Under the pieces are notes generated by a model. That model was not told where the DNA came from and did no database searches. It saw only the letters and a list, made by a program, of their open reading frames with translations. Shown piece by piece: positions 48,385 to 58,316 of a stretch of 64,000 nt of DNA; within the stretch, counting starts at the first letter, position 1, and every line of letters begins with the position of its first letter. The DNA comes from Negativicutes bacterium (GTDB lineage Bacteria; Bacillota; Negativicutes; JALHDB01): NCBI GenBank assembly GCA_022840825.1, contig JALHDB010000001.1, positions 211,763-275,762 on the forward strand, written 5' to 3'. The translations under genes were made by a program, and so were the position numbers.

Positions 48385-49230
48385 ATGGTCAAAAATGGGA
48401 GGCTTTTTGTGCAAACTATTGAAGATAAGATCAATAAACTTGAACTGTTATTAAAAAGCTATAAAAAAGTTATCGTTGCTTTTTCTGGTGGAGTTGACAG
48501 TACTTTTTTAGCTGCGGCAGCTAACCGAGCATTAAACGGACAAGTAGTAGCACTTACTGTCCAATCGCCATCTTTGCCCCAAAGCGAAATTCGGGCATGT
48601 ATACAACTCGCTAAACTATTGGGGATAGAACATGTCATAGTCAACGGACCTGAAATGCAAAACAGTAATTTTCTTGAAAATAATAAACAAAGATGTTACT
48701 GGTGTAAACTGACGAGATTTCAATCTTTAATTAAATGGGCCGATCAACATGATTTTCCGTTCGTTATCGAAGGTACTAATGCTGATGATAGCGAAGAGGA
48801 CCGACCAGGAATGCGGGCGCTGGCAGAGCTAGCCGGGCGGGTCAAAAGTCCTTTGCGTGAACTAGGATTTTCTAAGGATAATATCCGATATGTTGCTAAA
48901 TCGTGGGGATTGCCGGTATGGGACAAGCCCAGCGCTGCTTGCTTGGTATCGCGATTAAATTATGGATTGCCAATTACGCCTGCAGTTCTATCACAAGTGG
49001 AGGCGGCAGAGGCATTGCTGAAGCAATACCTGGATGGACAGTTGCGTGTTCGGCATCATGATAGTATTGCCCGCATTGAGATCCCTACGGATAAATTTCT
49101 TGAAATTATGCAATCAAGTATACGGAATAAAATAGTGGCTGAATTTACTAAGATCGGCTATAAATTTGTTGTATTGGATCTGGCCGGTTACCGGACCGGA
49201 AGCATGAACGATACCAATGACGAGGTGTAA
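48385..49230 (+). CDS. larE: LarE, ATP-dependent sulfur transferase for nickel-pincer cofactor biosynthesis (PP-loop ATPase)
   Basis: PP-loop SGGVDS. Conserved Cys (AACLVSRL). The likely true start is the GTG at 48409, after a GGGAGG RBS. Confidence 0.85.
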   Translation: MVKNGRLFVQTIEDKINKLELLLKSYKKVIVAFSGGVDSTFLAAAANRALNGQVVALTVQSPSLPQSEIRACIQLAKLLGIEHVIVNGPEMQNSNFLENNKQRCYWCKLTRFQSLIKWADQHDFPFVIEGTNADDSEEDRPGMRALAELAGRVKSPLRELGFSKDNIRYVAKSWGLPVWDKPSAACLVSRLNYGLPITPAVLSQVEAAEALLKQYLDGQLRVRHHDSIARIEIPTDKFLEIMQSSIRNKIVAEFTKIGYKFVVLDLAGYRTGSMNDTNDEV

Positions 49231-49984
49231 CATGGACACTCTACAAATTAAGAATATATTATCTGAGTTTCAACTGGGCAAACTAGCAATGGAAGAGGTC
49301 ATCGACAAGCTGCGGGTGTTGCCGTATGAAGATCTCGTCTACGCTAAAATTGATCATCATCGGATGATGAGACAGGGATTTCCGGAAGTAGTATATTGTG
49401 AAGGCAAAACAGTACAACAGGTTGTTGGGATTATGGAACATCTGACAGGCTTAAATCGTAACATTTTGGCTACGAGGGCCAGCTGCGAAATGTTCGAAGC
49501 TGTTAGCAAAATTATTCCGGATGCACATTATCACGAGTTGCCTCGTCTTATTACCGTTGAGCGGGAAAAACGGGCGGTAGATGAGAAACGATTTATCTTG
49601 GTGCTGACAGCAGGAACCAGTGATATCCCGGTAGCTGAAGAGGCTGCAGTTACAGCTGAAATAATGGGTAATGACGTAAAACGGGTTTTTGATGTCGGAG
49701 TGGCCGGTATTCATCGATTATTTGCTCAGCATGAATTATTAGAACAAGCTAATGTTGTTATTGTGGCGGCAGGGATGGAAGGTGCTCTAGCCAGTGTCGT
49801 TGGCGGGTTAGTGGCTAAGCCGGTTATTGCAATTCCCACCAGTGTCGGGTACGGTGCGAATTTTGGCGGTCTCTCAGCACTGTTAAGCATGTTAAACAGT
49901 TGTGCCGCCGGAGTCGCGGTGGTTAATATCGACAACGGTTTTGGCGCCGGAAGACTTGCCAGTATTATTAACAATATGAGGTGA
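49217..49984 (+). CDS. larB: LarB, nickel-pincer nucleotide biosynthesis carboxylase/hydrolase (PurE-like)
   Basis: C-terminal PurE-like domain. ~255 aa. Overlaps the larE stop. Confidence 0.85.
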   Translation: MTRCNMDTLQIKNILSEFQLGKLAMEEVIDKLRVLPYEDLVYAKIDHHRMMRQGFPEVVYCEGKTVQQVVGIMEHLTGLNRNILATRASCEMFEAVSKIIPDAHYHELPRLITVEREKRAVDEKRFILVLTAGTSDIPVAEEAAVTAEIMGNDVKRVFDVGVAGIHRLFAQHELLEQANVVIVAAGMEGALASVVGGLVAKPVIAIPTSVGYGANFGGLSALLSMLNSCAAGVAVVNIDNGFGAGRLASIINNMR

Positions 49985-51240
49985 TTTTTTTGAATGCATT
50001 GTATTTCGACTGTTTTGCCGGAATAAGCGGTAATATGATATTAGGAGCACTGGTCGACTTAGGGGTTCCTACTGATTATTTGCAGCAAGAGTTAAATAAG
50101 CTCAATATCAGTGGTTATAAATTGCAGCTTGAACAGGTTAGTAAAGCTGGAATTCGGGCAACCTATTTGGATGTGCAGATTGATAACGGCGCAGGTCATG
50201 ATCATCATAATCTAAGCCATGACCATAACCATGATCATAACCACAATTATGATCATGGCACTTTCCAACAATATCGCCATTTGCCGGATATATTAGGAAT
50301 TATTGACCAGTCACAGTTAAACGAAAAGATCAAAGAGGCCAGTAAAGCAGTTTTTTATTGTTTAGCCAAGGCGGAGGCCAAGGTTCATGGAGTAACTGTT
50401 GAACAGGTGCATTTTCATGAAGTAGGAGCAGTTGATACTATAGTTGACATCGTTGGCACGATGATTTGTCTAGATTATTTACAAATTGAGAAAATTTACT
50501 GTTCCCAATTAAATGTCGGTAGTGGATTCATAAAATGTGCTCATGGGGTATTGCCGGTACCTGCGCCGGCTACGGCGGAGTTATTGAACAACGTGCCTTA
50601 TTATTCTATAGATGTCCAAAAAGAACTTGTTACCCCAACCGGCGCTGCCTTAATAACTTATTTAGCAAATGAGTTCGGCGACAAGCCGGCTGGTTTTATT
50701 ACCCGTAAAATTGGCTACGGAGCAGGAACTTGGGACTTAGAAATACCAAATGTGCTTAGAACTTTTTGGGGAGACAGTGTCCCTGTCAGCGGTTCCCCTA
50801 ACTTGTTAGTTATGGAAAGCAATATTGATGATATGAATCCGCAGATATTGGGATATGTGACCGAAAAACTATTGGCTGCCGGTGTATTGGATGTTTGGTT
50901 GACCCCAATTCAAATGAAAAAGGGTCGGCCTGCTCAGAAAATTTCAATTTTAACTGATAAAGATCTAAAGGAACAAATAACTGATATTCTCTTAAACGAG
51001 ACAACTACTATTGGCCTTCGTTACTATAACGTCCGCCGTGAAATTGCCGAACGAAAGATTGTTGAAGTACAAGTCGAATGGGGACAGGCTAGAGTAAAGT
51101 TAGCGTATCATAGAGGAGAACTGTGTAATATTACTCCTGAATATGAAGATTGCCGGGTTTTGGCAGAACGGGCGAAAGTGCCGCTCAAGCTAATATTAGA
51201 GGCTGTACGACAGCAAGCATTGAAGGAATATCAAATGTAG
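49981..51240 (+). CDS. larC: LarC, nickel insertion protein (DUF111 family) with a His-rich Ni-binding stretch
   Basis: N-terminal YFDCFAGISGNMILGAL. His-rich stretch GAGHDHHNLSHDHNHDHNHNYDHG. Overlaps the larB stop. Confidence 0.85.
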   Translation: MIFLNALYFDCFAGISGNMILGALVDLGVPTDYLQQELNKLNISGYKLQLEQVSKAGIRATYLDVQIDNGAGHDHHNLSHDHNHDHNHNYDHGTFQQYRHLPDILGIIDQSQLNEKIKEASKAVFYCLAKAEAKVHGVTVEQVHFHEVGAVDTIVDIVGTMICLDYLQIEKIYCSQLNVGSGFIKCAHGVLPVPAPATAELLNNVPYYSIDVQKELVTPTGAALITYLANEFGDKPAGFITRKIGYGAGTWDLEIPNVLRTFWGDSVPVSGSPNLLVMESNIDDMNPQILGYVTEKLLAAGVLDVWLTPIQMKKGRPAQKISILTDKDLKEQITDILLNETTTIGLRYYNVRREIAERKIVEVQVEWGQARVKLAYHRGELCNITPEYEDCRVLAERAKVPLKLILEAVRQQALKEYQM

Positions 51241-51283
51241 ATTAGTGTAATTAGAGTTAGAGTTGCAGTTGTGGAGGTGACCC

Positions 51284-52342
51284 ATGGACCATGGTTGGCG
51301 TAATAAATTAGTTAAAATTGAAGATGCCAAGGATGGAATGGAACTTGCCGATATTATACTTGCTGATAACGGCAGAATAATTCTAAGCCCGGGGACCCTG
51401 CTTACTGGACTTCTGATAGAAAAATTGAAATGGTGGGGAATATCTGAAGTAAAAATCAAATTGCTCAGCGAAGATACGGAGCAAGTACATTCATTTGATC
51501 AGGCGTTTCATCGCAATTACAACAGTACGGTTGCTGAGGTAAGAAAAGCCTTTCAGACTATTCGCTATTTCAAAGAGATTTCTTTAGAAGAAATGTTTCA
51601 ATTACAGAAGAAGAATATTGATCCTTTGCTCAATTCACCTGGTATAATCAGTAACTTATATAAAGTTCGCCGAATTGATGATTATACTTTTCATCATTCT
51701 ATAAACGTTGCAGTGTTATCAGGGATATTAGGGCGCTGGTTAGGTTATAAGGGCGATGACTTAAATAAATTAGTCTTGGCCGGTTTGCTTCATGATGTTG
51801 GGAAAACGCAGATCCCATTAAAGATTTTAAATAAACCCGGGAAATTAAGCGCGCAGGAAATGAATATAATGCAATTGCATACTAAGCAGGGTTATAAGTT
51901 GCTGTCAGTAGTTGAGAATCTTCCTCAAGAAATACTATTTGTCAGTTTAGAACATCATGAACGGCTAGACGGCAGCGGCTATCCGCTGGAGATAAAATCA
52001 AGCAAGATACATCCTTATGCTAAGATTATCGCTGTTTGCGATATATATGACGCTATGACATCCGATCGAGTCTATAAGCAAAAGGTAACTCCGTTTGAGG
52101 TGCTGGAAACTATAGCTGAAGATATGTATGGTCGTTTGGATCCGGAGATTTGTACTACCTTTTTGAAAAATGTGCGCGAATATTTTATTGGTAATCATAT
52201 TTTACTAAATGACGGACGCAAGGGACGAGTAATTCAATCCGGTTTATTTTTATCTTCAAGGCCGGTGGTGCAAACAGAAGACGGCGAATTTATTGATATG
52301 GAAACTAATTCCGGTATAAAAATCATAGATGTAATTGCGTAA
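51284..52342 (+). CDS. HD-GYP domain c-di-GMP phosphodiesterase-like protein
   Basis: HD motif (LLHDVGK) and HHERLDGSGYP. Confidence 0.85.
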   Translation: MDHGWRNKLVKIEDAKDGMELADIILADNGRIILSPGTLLTGLLIEKLKWWGISEVKIKLLSEDTEQVHSFDQAFHRNYNSTVAEVRKAFQTIRYFKEISLEEMFQLQKKNIDPLLNSPGIISNLYKVRRIDDYTFHHSINVAVLSGILGRWLGYKGDDLNKLVLAGLLHDVGKTQIPLKILNKPGKLSAQEMNIMQLHTKQGYKLLSVVENLPQEILFVSLEHHERLDGSGYPLEIKSSKIHPYAKIIAVCDIYDAMTSDRVYKQKVTPFEVLETIAEDMYGRLDPEICTTFLKNVREYFIGNHILLNDGRKGRVIQSGLFLSSRPVVQTEDGEFIDMETNSGIKIIDVIA

Positions 52343-52390
52343 TATTATAGATTACTTAAAAATAGTAAATAGAACAATAGAGGTGTAATT

Positions 52391-53074
52391 GTGAAAGCTG
52401 TTATTTTGTTATCAGGCGGATTGGATTCTACTGTTTGTATGGCTGTTGCGCATAGTAAAGGATATGAATTGTATCCAATCAGTTTTAATTATCAACAACG
52501 TCATAATCGTGAGATTGAATGTGCCAAAAATGTTGCTGATTATTACGCGGTGGACAAACATTTAGTTATTGAAACAAATCTTAATGATATGGGTGGAAGT
52601 GCGCTTACTGATTCTCAAATTGCTGTACCGGCGGGAGATGTCCGGCGGACAGATATACCGGCAACTTATGTACCGGCCCGTAATTTAATTTTCTTAAGCT
52701 ATGCGCTGGGGCTTGCCGAAGTTGTTGGTGCGGAATCTATTTTTATTGGCGTAAATGCTTTAGATTATTCCGGTTATCCGGATTGTCGCCCAGAATTCAT
52801 TAGTGCTTTTCAACAATTGGCTAATTATACAACCAAGGCTGCGGTGCAGAATAAGTCAGTAATTACTGTAGAAACGCCGCTATTATATCTTACAAAAAAA
52901 GATATTGTGTTGCTGGGCAAAAAATTATCAGCCCCGTTAGCAATGACAACCAGTTGTTATCAAGGTGGGGACAAAGCCTGCGGTGTTTGTGATAGTTGCC
53001 TGTTGCGATTAAAAGGATTTGAAGAGGCCGGTTTTTCCGATCCTATTCCTTATTTGACTAGGAGTGGTAGTTAA
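52391..53074 (+). CDS. queC: 7-cyano-7-deazaguanine synthase
   Basis: PP-loop LLSGGLDST. C-terminal Zn-binding Cys cluster (CYQGGDKACGVCDSC). Confidence 0.9.
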   Translation: MKAVILLSGGLDSTVCMAVAHSKGYELYPISFNYQQRHNREIECAKNVADYYAVDKHLVIETNLNDMGGSALTDSQIAVPAGDVRRTDIPATYVPARNLIFLSYALGLAEVVGAESIFIGVNALDYSGYPDCRPEFISAFQQLANYTTKAAVQNKSVITVETPLLYLTKKDIVLLGKKLSAPLAMTTSCYQGGDKACGVCDSCLLRLKGFEEAGFSDPIPYLTRSGS

Positions 53075-53860
53075 GTGAGAGATGTGCAAAATCTGATAGA
53101 CGAAAGAGGCATTGCAATCCAGAAGGTTGGCGTAAGCGATGTATACTTACCGTTTTTGATAAAAACTAAAAGTGGGTCCTGGCAAACAGTGTTGGCCGAA
53201 ATAGAACTAATGGTAGATTTGCCGCAGGAATTTAAGGGAACGCATATGAGCCGGTTTATTGAGGTACTTAGTGATTGGAGCCAAAAGCCAATATCCAGTA
53301 ATGAAATCAAACTAATCTTGCGGGATATTATGCAGCGGCTGAATGCTCAGCGAGCCGAAATGTCGATGAAGTTTAAGTATTTTGTTGAAAGATCGGCACC
53401 AGTTACCGGCTTAAAGAGTTTATTGGATTGTGATTGTTCATTTTCCGGTATTATGGAGCAGGGAACCGAACTGGATTTTATGCTGGGATTTACTATTCCT
53501 TATACATCTGTTTGTCCTTGTAGTAAAGAGATAGCTGAATATGGAGCTCATAACCAACGTGGGGTAATAAAAGTGAAACTTCGCAGTGAACGCGATACGA
53601 TTATCTGGTTTGAGGACTTGGCTGATGTACTAGGTAATCAGGGAAGCTGCCCGGTATATCCCTTATTAAAACGAGAAGACGAAAAATTTGTTACCGAAGT
53701 TGCTTATGAGAATCCAAAGTTTGTTGAGGATATTCTACGGGATGCAGTTATATCAATGAGAGAATTAACCGGTATTACCTGGTTTGAGGTAGAATGTAAG
53801 AATTACGAATCAATACATAACCATAGTGCGTTTGCGGCGCATACGGAAACTGTCGGGTAG
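53075..53860 (+). CDS. GTP cyclohydrolase FolE2/MptA-like (DUF198/COG1469) protein
   Basis: 261 aa. GTHMSRF and VCPCSKE motifs. Translationally coupled to queC. Confidence 0.5.
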   Translation: MRDVQNLIDERGIAIQKVGVSDVYLPFLIKTKSGSWQTVLAEIELMVDLPQEFKGTHMSRFIEVLSDWSQKPISSNEIKLILRDIMQRLNAQRAEMSMKFKYFVERSAPVTGLKSLLDCDCSFSGIMEQGTELDFMLGFTIPYTSVCPCSKEIAEYGAHNQRGVIKVKLRSERDTIIWFEDLADVLGNQGSCPVYPLLKREDEKFVTEVAYENPKFVEDILRDAVISMRELTGITWFEVECKNYESIHNHSAFAAHTETVG

Positions 53861-54749
53861 ATGCTGCGATTTTCCCCATAAATTAGGTGAGTGTATGAGA
53901 TATTTGATTATTAACGCTGATGACTTTGGCTTACATCCTGCTATTAATGATGGAATACGGCACGGACATACCCTCGGATGTATAACCAGCACTTCTCTCA
54001 TGGCCGGTGGTTCGTCATTTGATCATGCCGTGTCGACTGCTCGTGAACTGAATAACTTAGGCGTAGGAATTCATCTTACACTAGTGGCTTGTGCGCCGGT
54101 TTGTAACCCTGTTGAAATACCAACGTTGGTAGATAATGATGGTTTATTGACAACAAATTATTTGGAATTCATGAAAAAATATTTTACTAATAAAATAAGT
54201 CTTGCTGACATACAGAAGGAATTAGAAGCCCAAGTCCAGAAAGTAATTTCAACTGGCATAAATATAACGCATGTTGATAGTCACCAGCATTTACATGTAC
54301 TGCCGGGAATATTAGATTTAGTATTAAGATTAGCGGTAAAGTACGATATAGCATCGATTCGCATTCCCCGGGAGGCATACTTTTTTTCCGGCGGTTTTCC
54401 GTTTCAGGTTTATAGAACTATTGGTAAATGGGGTTTGACTACACTCGCTGCAGCAGCAAAGCAAAAAGCTTTGCGAATGGGTTTAGCTGTGCCCGATTAT
54501 TTTTTTGGGATGCTGGCCGGTGGAAACTTGTTGGAACCATACTTGCATCGAATTCTGGAAGCTATTCCTGATGGGGTATCTGAAATAATGATACATCCGG
54601 GTATTAAAAACGATGTATTAAAACAAACATTTGGCTGGCCATATCACTGGCAGCAGGAACTAAACGCAGTTACCAGTAACACAACACTAAAAAAGCTAAA
54701 TGATCTAAATATTAACTTAATCTCTTTTAAGGAGCTGGGGAATGGGTAA
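53826..54749 (+). CDS. YdjC/ChbG/HpnK family carbohydrate deacetylase
   Basis: MRYLIINADDFGL N-terminal motif. The likely true start is the ATG at 53895. Confidence 0.8.
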   Translation: MRLRRIRKLSGRCCDFPHKLGECMRYLIINADDFGLHPAINDGIRHGHTLGCITSTSLMAGGSSFDHAVSTARELNNLGVGIHLTLVACAPVCNPVEIPTLVDNDGLLTTNYLEFMKKYFTNKISLADIQKELEAQVQKVISTGINITHVDSHQHLHVLPGILDLVLRLAVKYDIASIRIPREAYFFSGGFPFQVYRTIGKWGLTTLAAAAKQKALRMGLAVPDYFFGMLAGGNLLEPYLHRILEAIPDGVSEIMIHPGIKNDVLKQTFGWPYHWQQELNAVTSNTTLKKLNDLNINLISFKELGNG

Positions 54750-55725
54750 ATTTTATAAACGGCTGATATTGCTGTTTTTGTTCGTAGGTTTGATTTCAGG
54801 GGCCGTCATTTATTTTACAGTGGATATTAATACTTTGATGCATTTAAATGTATTTAAACCGTGGTCATTATTGGGTGCTTTGTTTTTTTTGGCAGTTGGT
54901 CTGTTTTTTGACGGTACACGATTAATGCATTTAGTACGTATTTCCGGCGAAAAAATTTCATTTATGGAAGCTGTTTATGTAGTATTTAGCAACTATTTCC
55001 TGGCCTTGGTCACCCCGGGCGCTGCGGGTGGTGCAGTTGCTCAAGTAATGTTTTTGCGTCGTGCCGGCGTTCCGACAGGCAAAGCAACCGTATTAGTTTT
55101 AGTTCGAACATTATTGTCGATATTTTTTTTGATTGCCTGTATGCCCGTGGTTTTTTATTACGACTCGGGGGTAGTTCCGTGGATTTCGGAAAGCGCCTTA
55201 TTATCAGTATCGATTCTTATGATAATTATTATTGCCAGCAGTATTGTCATTATGAAAACTCGTTACCCGGATTACTTACTTATTATGTTGACTAAGAAAA
55301 TAGGCTTTCGCGGCCGTAGACGTATATTTGCTTTATATCGCGATGTAAAAAGCGCAGTTGTTATGCTTTCTTCGTGTCCGCTGAGCATTCTTAGGGTGTT
55401 AATAGAGTCGGCCATCAGTTTACTTGCATTATATACGATGGTGCCGATGCTGTTTATGGGGTTAGGAATCAAATTTAATTTTTGGCAAGTTATGGGTAGA
55501 ATGATTTTACTAAATATTTTACTGTATTTTGCTCCGACGCCTGGTGGCTCAGGTATAGCGGAGGGAGGATTTATTGTGCTATTTAGTAAAATTGTTCCAA
55601 CCGGCACAGTCGGTATTTTGGCTGTTGCTTGGAGAATTTTAGCCGAATACCTGCCATTTGCTATTGGTCTATATTTCTCAGTTAGAGTTTTTGGCAGAGA
55701 TTATATTTCCAAGCAAATTGAATAA
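54742..55725 (+). CDS. UPF0104 flippase-like membrane protein (lysyl-PG synthase TM-region-like)
   Basis: ~8-TM, 327 aa. Overlaps the upstream stop. Confidence 0.6.
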   Translation: MGKFYKRLILLFLFVGLISGAVIYFTVDINTLMHLNVFKPWSLLGALFFLAVGLFFDGTRLMHLVRISGEKISFMEAVYVVFSNYFLALVTPGAAGGAVAQVMFLRRAGVPTGKATVLVLVRTLLSIFFLIACMPVVFYYDSGVVPWISESALLSVSILMIIIIASSIVIMKTRYPDYLLIMLTKKIGFRGRRRIFALYRDVKSAVVMLSSCPLSILRVLIESAISLLALYTMVPMLFMGLGIKFNFWQVMGRMILLNILLYFAPTPGGSGIAEGGFIVLFSKIVPTGTVGILAVAWRILAEYLPFAIGLYFSVRVFGRDYISKQIE

Positions 55726-55737
55726 GGAGGATTATGG

Positions 55738-56664
55738 TTGAAAGTACTTGTCACCGGCGGAGCCGGATTTATTGGATCACATGTAGTCGATAATTTGCTG
55801 CGTAAGGGTTATGAAGTTGTTGTATTGGATAACTTAAGTACAGGATCGAAAAAAAACGTGAATGAGGATGCTCGCTTTGTTCTATTAGATATTCGCGATG
55901 AAGCCATCAATCAATTAATTAAACAGGAAAGTTTTGACGGTGTAATTCATTTAGCGGCACAAACATCCGTTCCTCATTCCTTGATTCAACCATATTATGA
56001 TTGTGATGTAAATGTACAGGGGACAGTAAATATCTTAGAAGCTTGCCGTAATAATAATGTCCAAAGAATTGTGTTTGCATCAAGTGCTGCAACGTATGGG
56101 AAAAACAGCATGCTGCCACTGACTGAGGAAGCAGAGGCTCTACCGACATCGTTTTATGGATTAAGTAAACTTACGGCTGAAAAGTATCTATCCCTGTATA
56201 ATATTATGTATGGGTTGGAATTTGTTGTACTGCGCTATGCCAATGTATATGGGGAGCGACAGGGAGAGAACGGTGAGGGTGGCGTAATTAGTACTTTCAC
56301 CCGCCAGATTTATAACGAACAAGTAATTTCTATTTTTGGCGATGGAGGCCAAACTAGGGATTTTATCTATGTTGGTGATGTTGCCGAAGCTAATTGCGCG
56401 GCATTGGAAACTGCGTTTGCCAATAGATGTTATAATATTAGTACTGCGCAGGAGACAAGTATAAATCATTTAGCTGAGGTTTTATTGCATATTGCCAACA
56501 GAAACAATAAAATAGTGTATTCTGTTGCTCGTGATGGTGATATTTATCGCTCGGTGTTGGCCAATACAATGGCTAAAAAATATTTAAAGTGGCTGCCAAA
56601 ATTTGAGTTAGCCGATGGACTTGCCCGAACTTATAAAGCACTTGCTAATGATTTTCATTCGTAA
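55738..56664 (+). CDS. NAD-dependent sugar epimerase/dehydratase (GalE-like SDR)
   Basis: VTGGAGFIGSH Rossmann motif. YxxxK catalytic motif. Confidence 0.9.
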   Translation: MKVLVTGGAGFIGSHVVDNLLRKGYEVVVLDNLSTGSKKNVNEDARFVLLDIRDEAINQLIKQESFDGVIHLAAQTSVPHSLIQPYYDCDVNVQGTVNILEACRNNNVQRIVFASSAATYGKNSMLPLTEEAEALPTSFYGLSKLTAEKYLSLYNIMYGLEFVVLRYANVYGERQGENGEGGVISTFTRQIYNEQVISIFGDGGQTRDFIYVGDVAEANCAALETAFANRCYNISTAQETSINHLAEVLLHIANRNNKIVYSVARDGDIYRSVLANTMAKKYLKWLPKFELADGLARTYKALANDFHS

Positions 56665-56678
56665 TTGGGAGGTAGAAT

Positions 56679-58226
56679 ATGTTGTCGCGAAACAGGGGAT
56701 TTCTTTTTTTATTATGTATTGTTGCAGTAGTTGTCATATTTTATAATATCGGAACAATACCGTTGCTGGATCCCGATGAACCGGTTTATGCCGAGACTCC
56801 CAAAGAAATGATCAAATATAATGAATATCTGTCGCCACGCATTTATGGAGAGTATTGGTATGACAAACCGCCTATGTATTATTGGTTAGTAGCCGGTTCT
56901 TATAAAATATTTGGTATCAATGAGTTTGCGGCTCGGTTCCCATCAGCTTTTCTGGCGGTGTTGAGTGTTTTAGTCATGTACTATTACGGCAGCAAATTAT
57001 TTAATAAGCGGGCCGCAGCTTGCGGAGCATTAGTACTTGTTACAAGTTTGGAATTTTTTTACTTGGGTAAAGCCGCTGTAACAGATATTACGCTTAATTT
57101 TTGTTTAATGGTTTCATTATTGGCGTTTATAAATCGCCAGTATTATATTTTCTATATTTTTGCCGGACTGGCTACTTTGACCAAAGGTCCGGTAGGATTG
57201 CTGTTCCCTGGTGCAATACTTTTCTTGTACTTCCTGTTTTCAGGAAGGTGGCAAGAAATGAAACATATGAAGATTCTCAGTGGGGTGTTAGTATTTTCTT
57301 TAGTTGCATTACCATGGTATATCTACATGTATATAAATCATGGTAATGCTTTTGTAGAGACTTTTTTAGGTTTTCATAACATAACACGGTTTACCTCGCC
57401 GGAGCACCCGGAAACGGTATGGTGGTATTATTATATCCCCGTTCTTATACTCGGCTTTTTTCCATGGTCGGCGGTTATGGTACAGTCTGTATGGAAATCT
57501 TTTACTGACAGCCGCCATGATTATCCGCAATTATTATATTTAAACATCTGGGCTGCGTTTATATTTGTATTTTTTACGATTTCTCAAACAAAGCTTGTTT
57601 CATATATTTTGCCAATGTTTCCTCCCTTAGCACTCATCGTGGGTTGGAATATTGACAGATTGTGGGATTATCGGCGCAGTCAACGAATTATTAGCTGGCC
57701 GCTGCTATATAGTATCTTAACTATTTTATTAGGGACAGGTATGTTTCTTGGTTTAAAGTATATTCCCGAACTGACTAATGGTGTAATAGCTGTACTTATT
57801 CTGTTTAGCATTTCGTTAACGATAGTCTGGTTTTTTATTTGGCAAAGAGATATGGCTAAGGTTTTTTGGGTAAAGGTAATTACCGGCGTGGTTTTTTCAT
57901 TGATTTTGCTGGGTATTATGTTTCCTCAGGCCGCCCCCCGATTTACGGCTAAGTATATTGCACAAAGTTTCATTCGGCAATATGACGGGAAGTCCCCAAT
58001 TTATGTAACTAAATTTTTACATCCGGGATTTACCTTTTATTCAGAGCTTTATGGTACCGAGGTAGATGCCAAGGAAAATGTCGCAAAATTAATAAAAGCT
58101 GTAAATAAGCCTGGCCCAAGTTATTTTATATTAATGAAAAAGGACTTTGAAGCATTGGCCGACCAAACAAAACAACTAAGACTTCTGGAAACACATGATG
58201 AAAAACTATTGCTGTATAAGCCATAA
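56679..58226 (+). CDS. glycosyltransferase family 39 (ArnT/PMT-like undecaprenyl-phosphate-sugar transferase)
   Basis: N-terminal DPDEPVY loop motif with KPP and YW in the first periplasmic loop. 13-TM. 515 aa. Confidence 0.85.
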   Translation: MLSRNRGFLFLLCIVAVVVIFYNIGTIPLLDPDEPVYAETPKEMIKYNEYLSPRIYGEYWYDKPPMYYWLVAGSYKIFGINEFAARFPSAFLAVLSVLVMYYYGSKLFNKRAAACGALVLVTSLEFFYLGKAAVTDITLNFCLMVSLLAFINRQYYIFYIFAGLATLTKGPVGLLFPGAILFLYFLFSGRWQEMKHMKILSGVLVFSLVALPWYIYMYINHGNAFVETFLGFHNITRFTSPEHPETVWWYYYIPVLILGFFPWSAVMVQSVWKSFTDSRHDYPQLLYLNIWAAFIFVFFTISQTKLVSYILPMFPPLALIVGWNIDRLWDYRRSQRIISWPLLYSILTILLGTGMFLGLKYIPELTNGVIAVLILFSISLTIVWFFIWQRDMAKVFWVKVITGVVFSLILLGIMFPQAAPRFTAKYIAQSFIRQYDGKSPIYVTKFLHPGFTFYSELYGTEVDAKENVAKLIKAVNKPGPSYFILMKKDFEALADQTKQLRLLETHDEKLLLYKP

Positions 58227-58274
58227 GGACCGAAAATTTGGGTAAGAAAAATATTTTGCGTAAGATATAAAGTA

Positions 58275-58316
58275 AAAGGAGCTGTGCGAACAATTTCAAC
58301 ACAGCTCCTTTTTTAG
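58275..58316. terminator. bidirectional rho-independent terminator
   Basis: aaaaggagctgtg...cacagctcctttttt, a perfect 9-bp GC-rich stem flanked by A- and T-runs. Confidence 0.75.
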
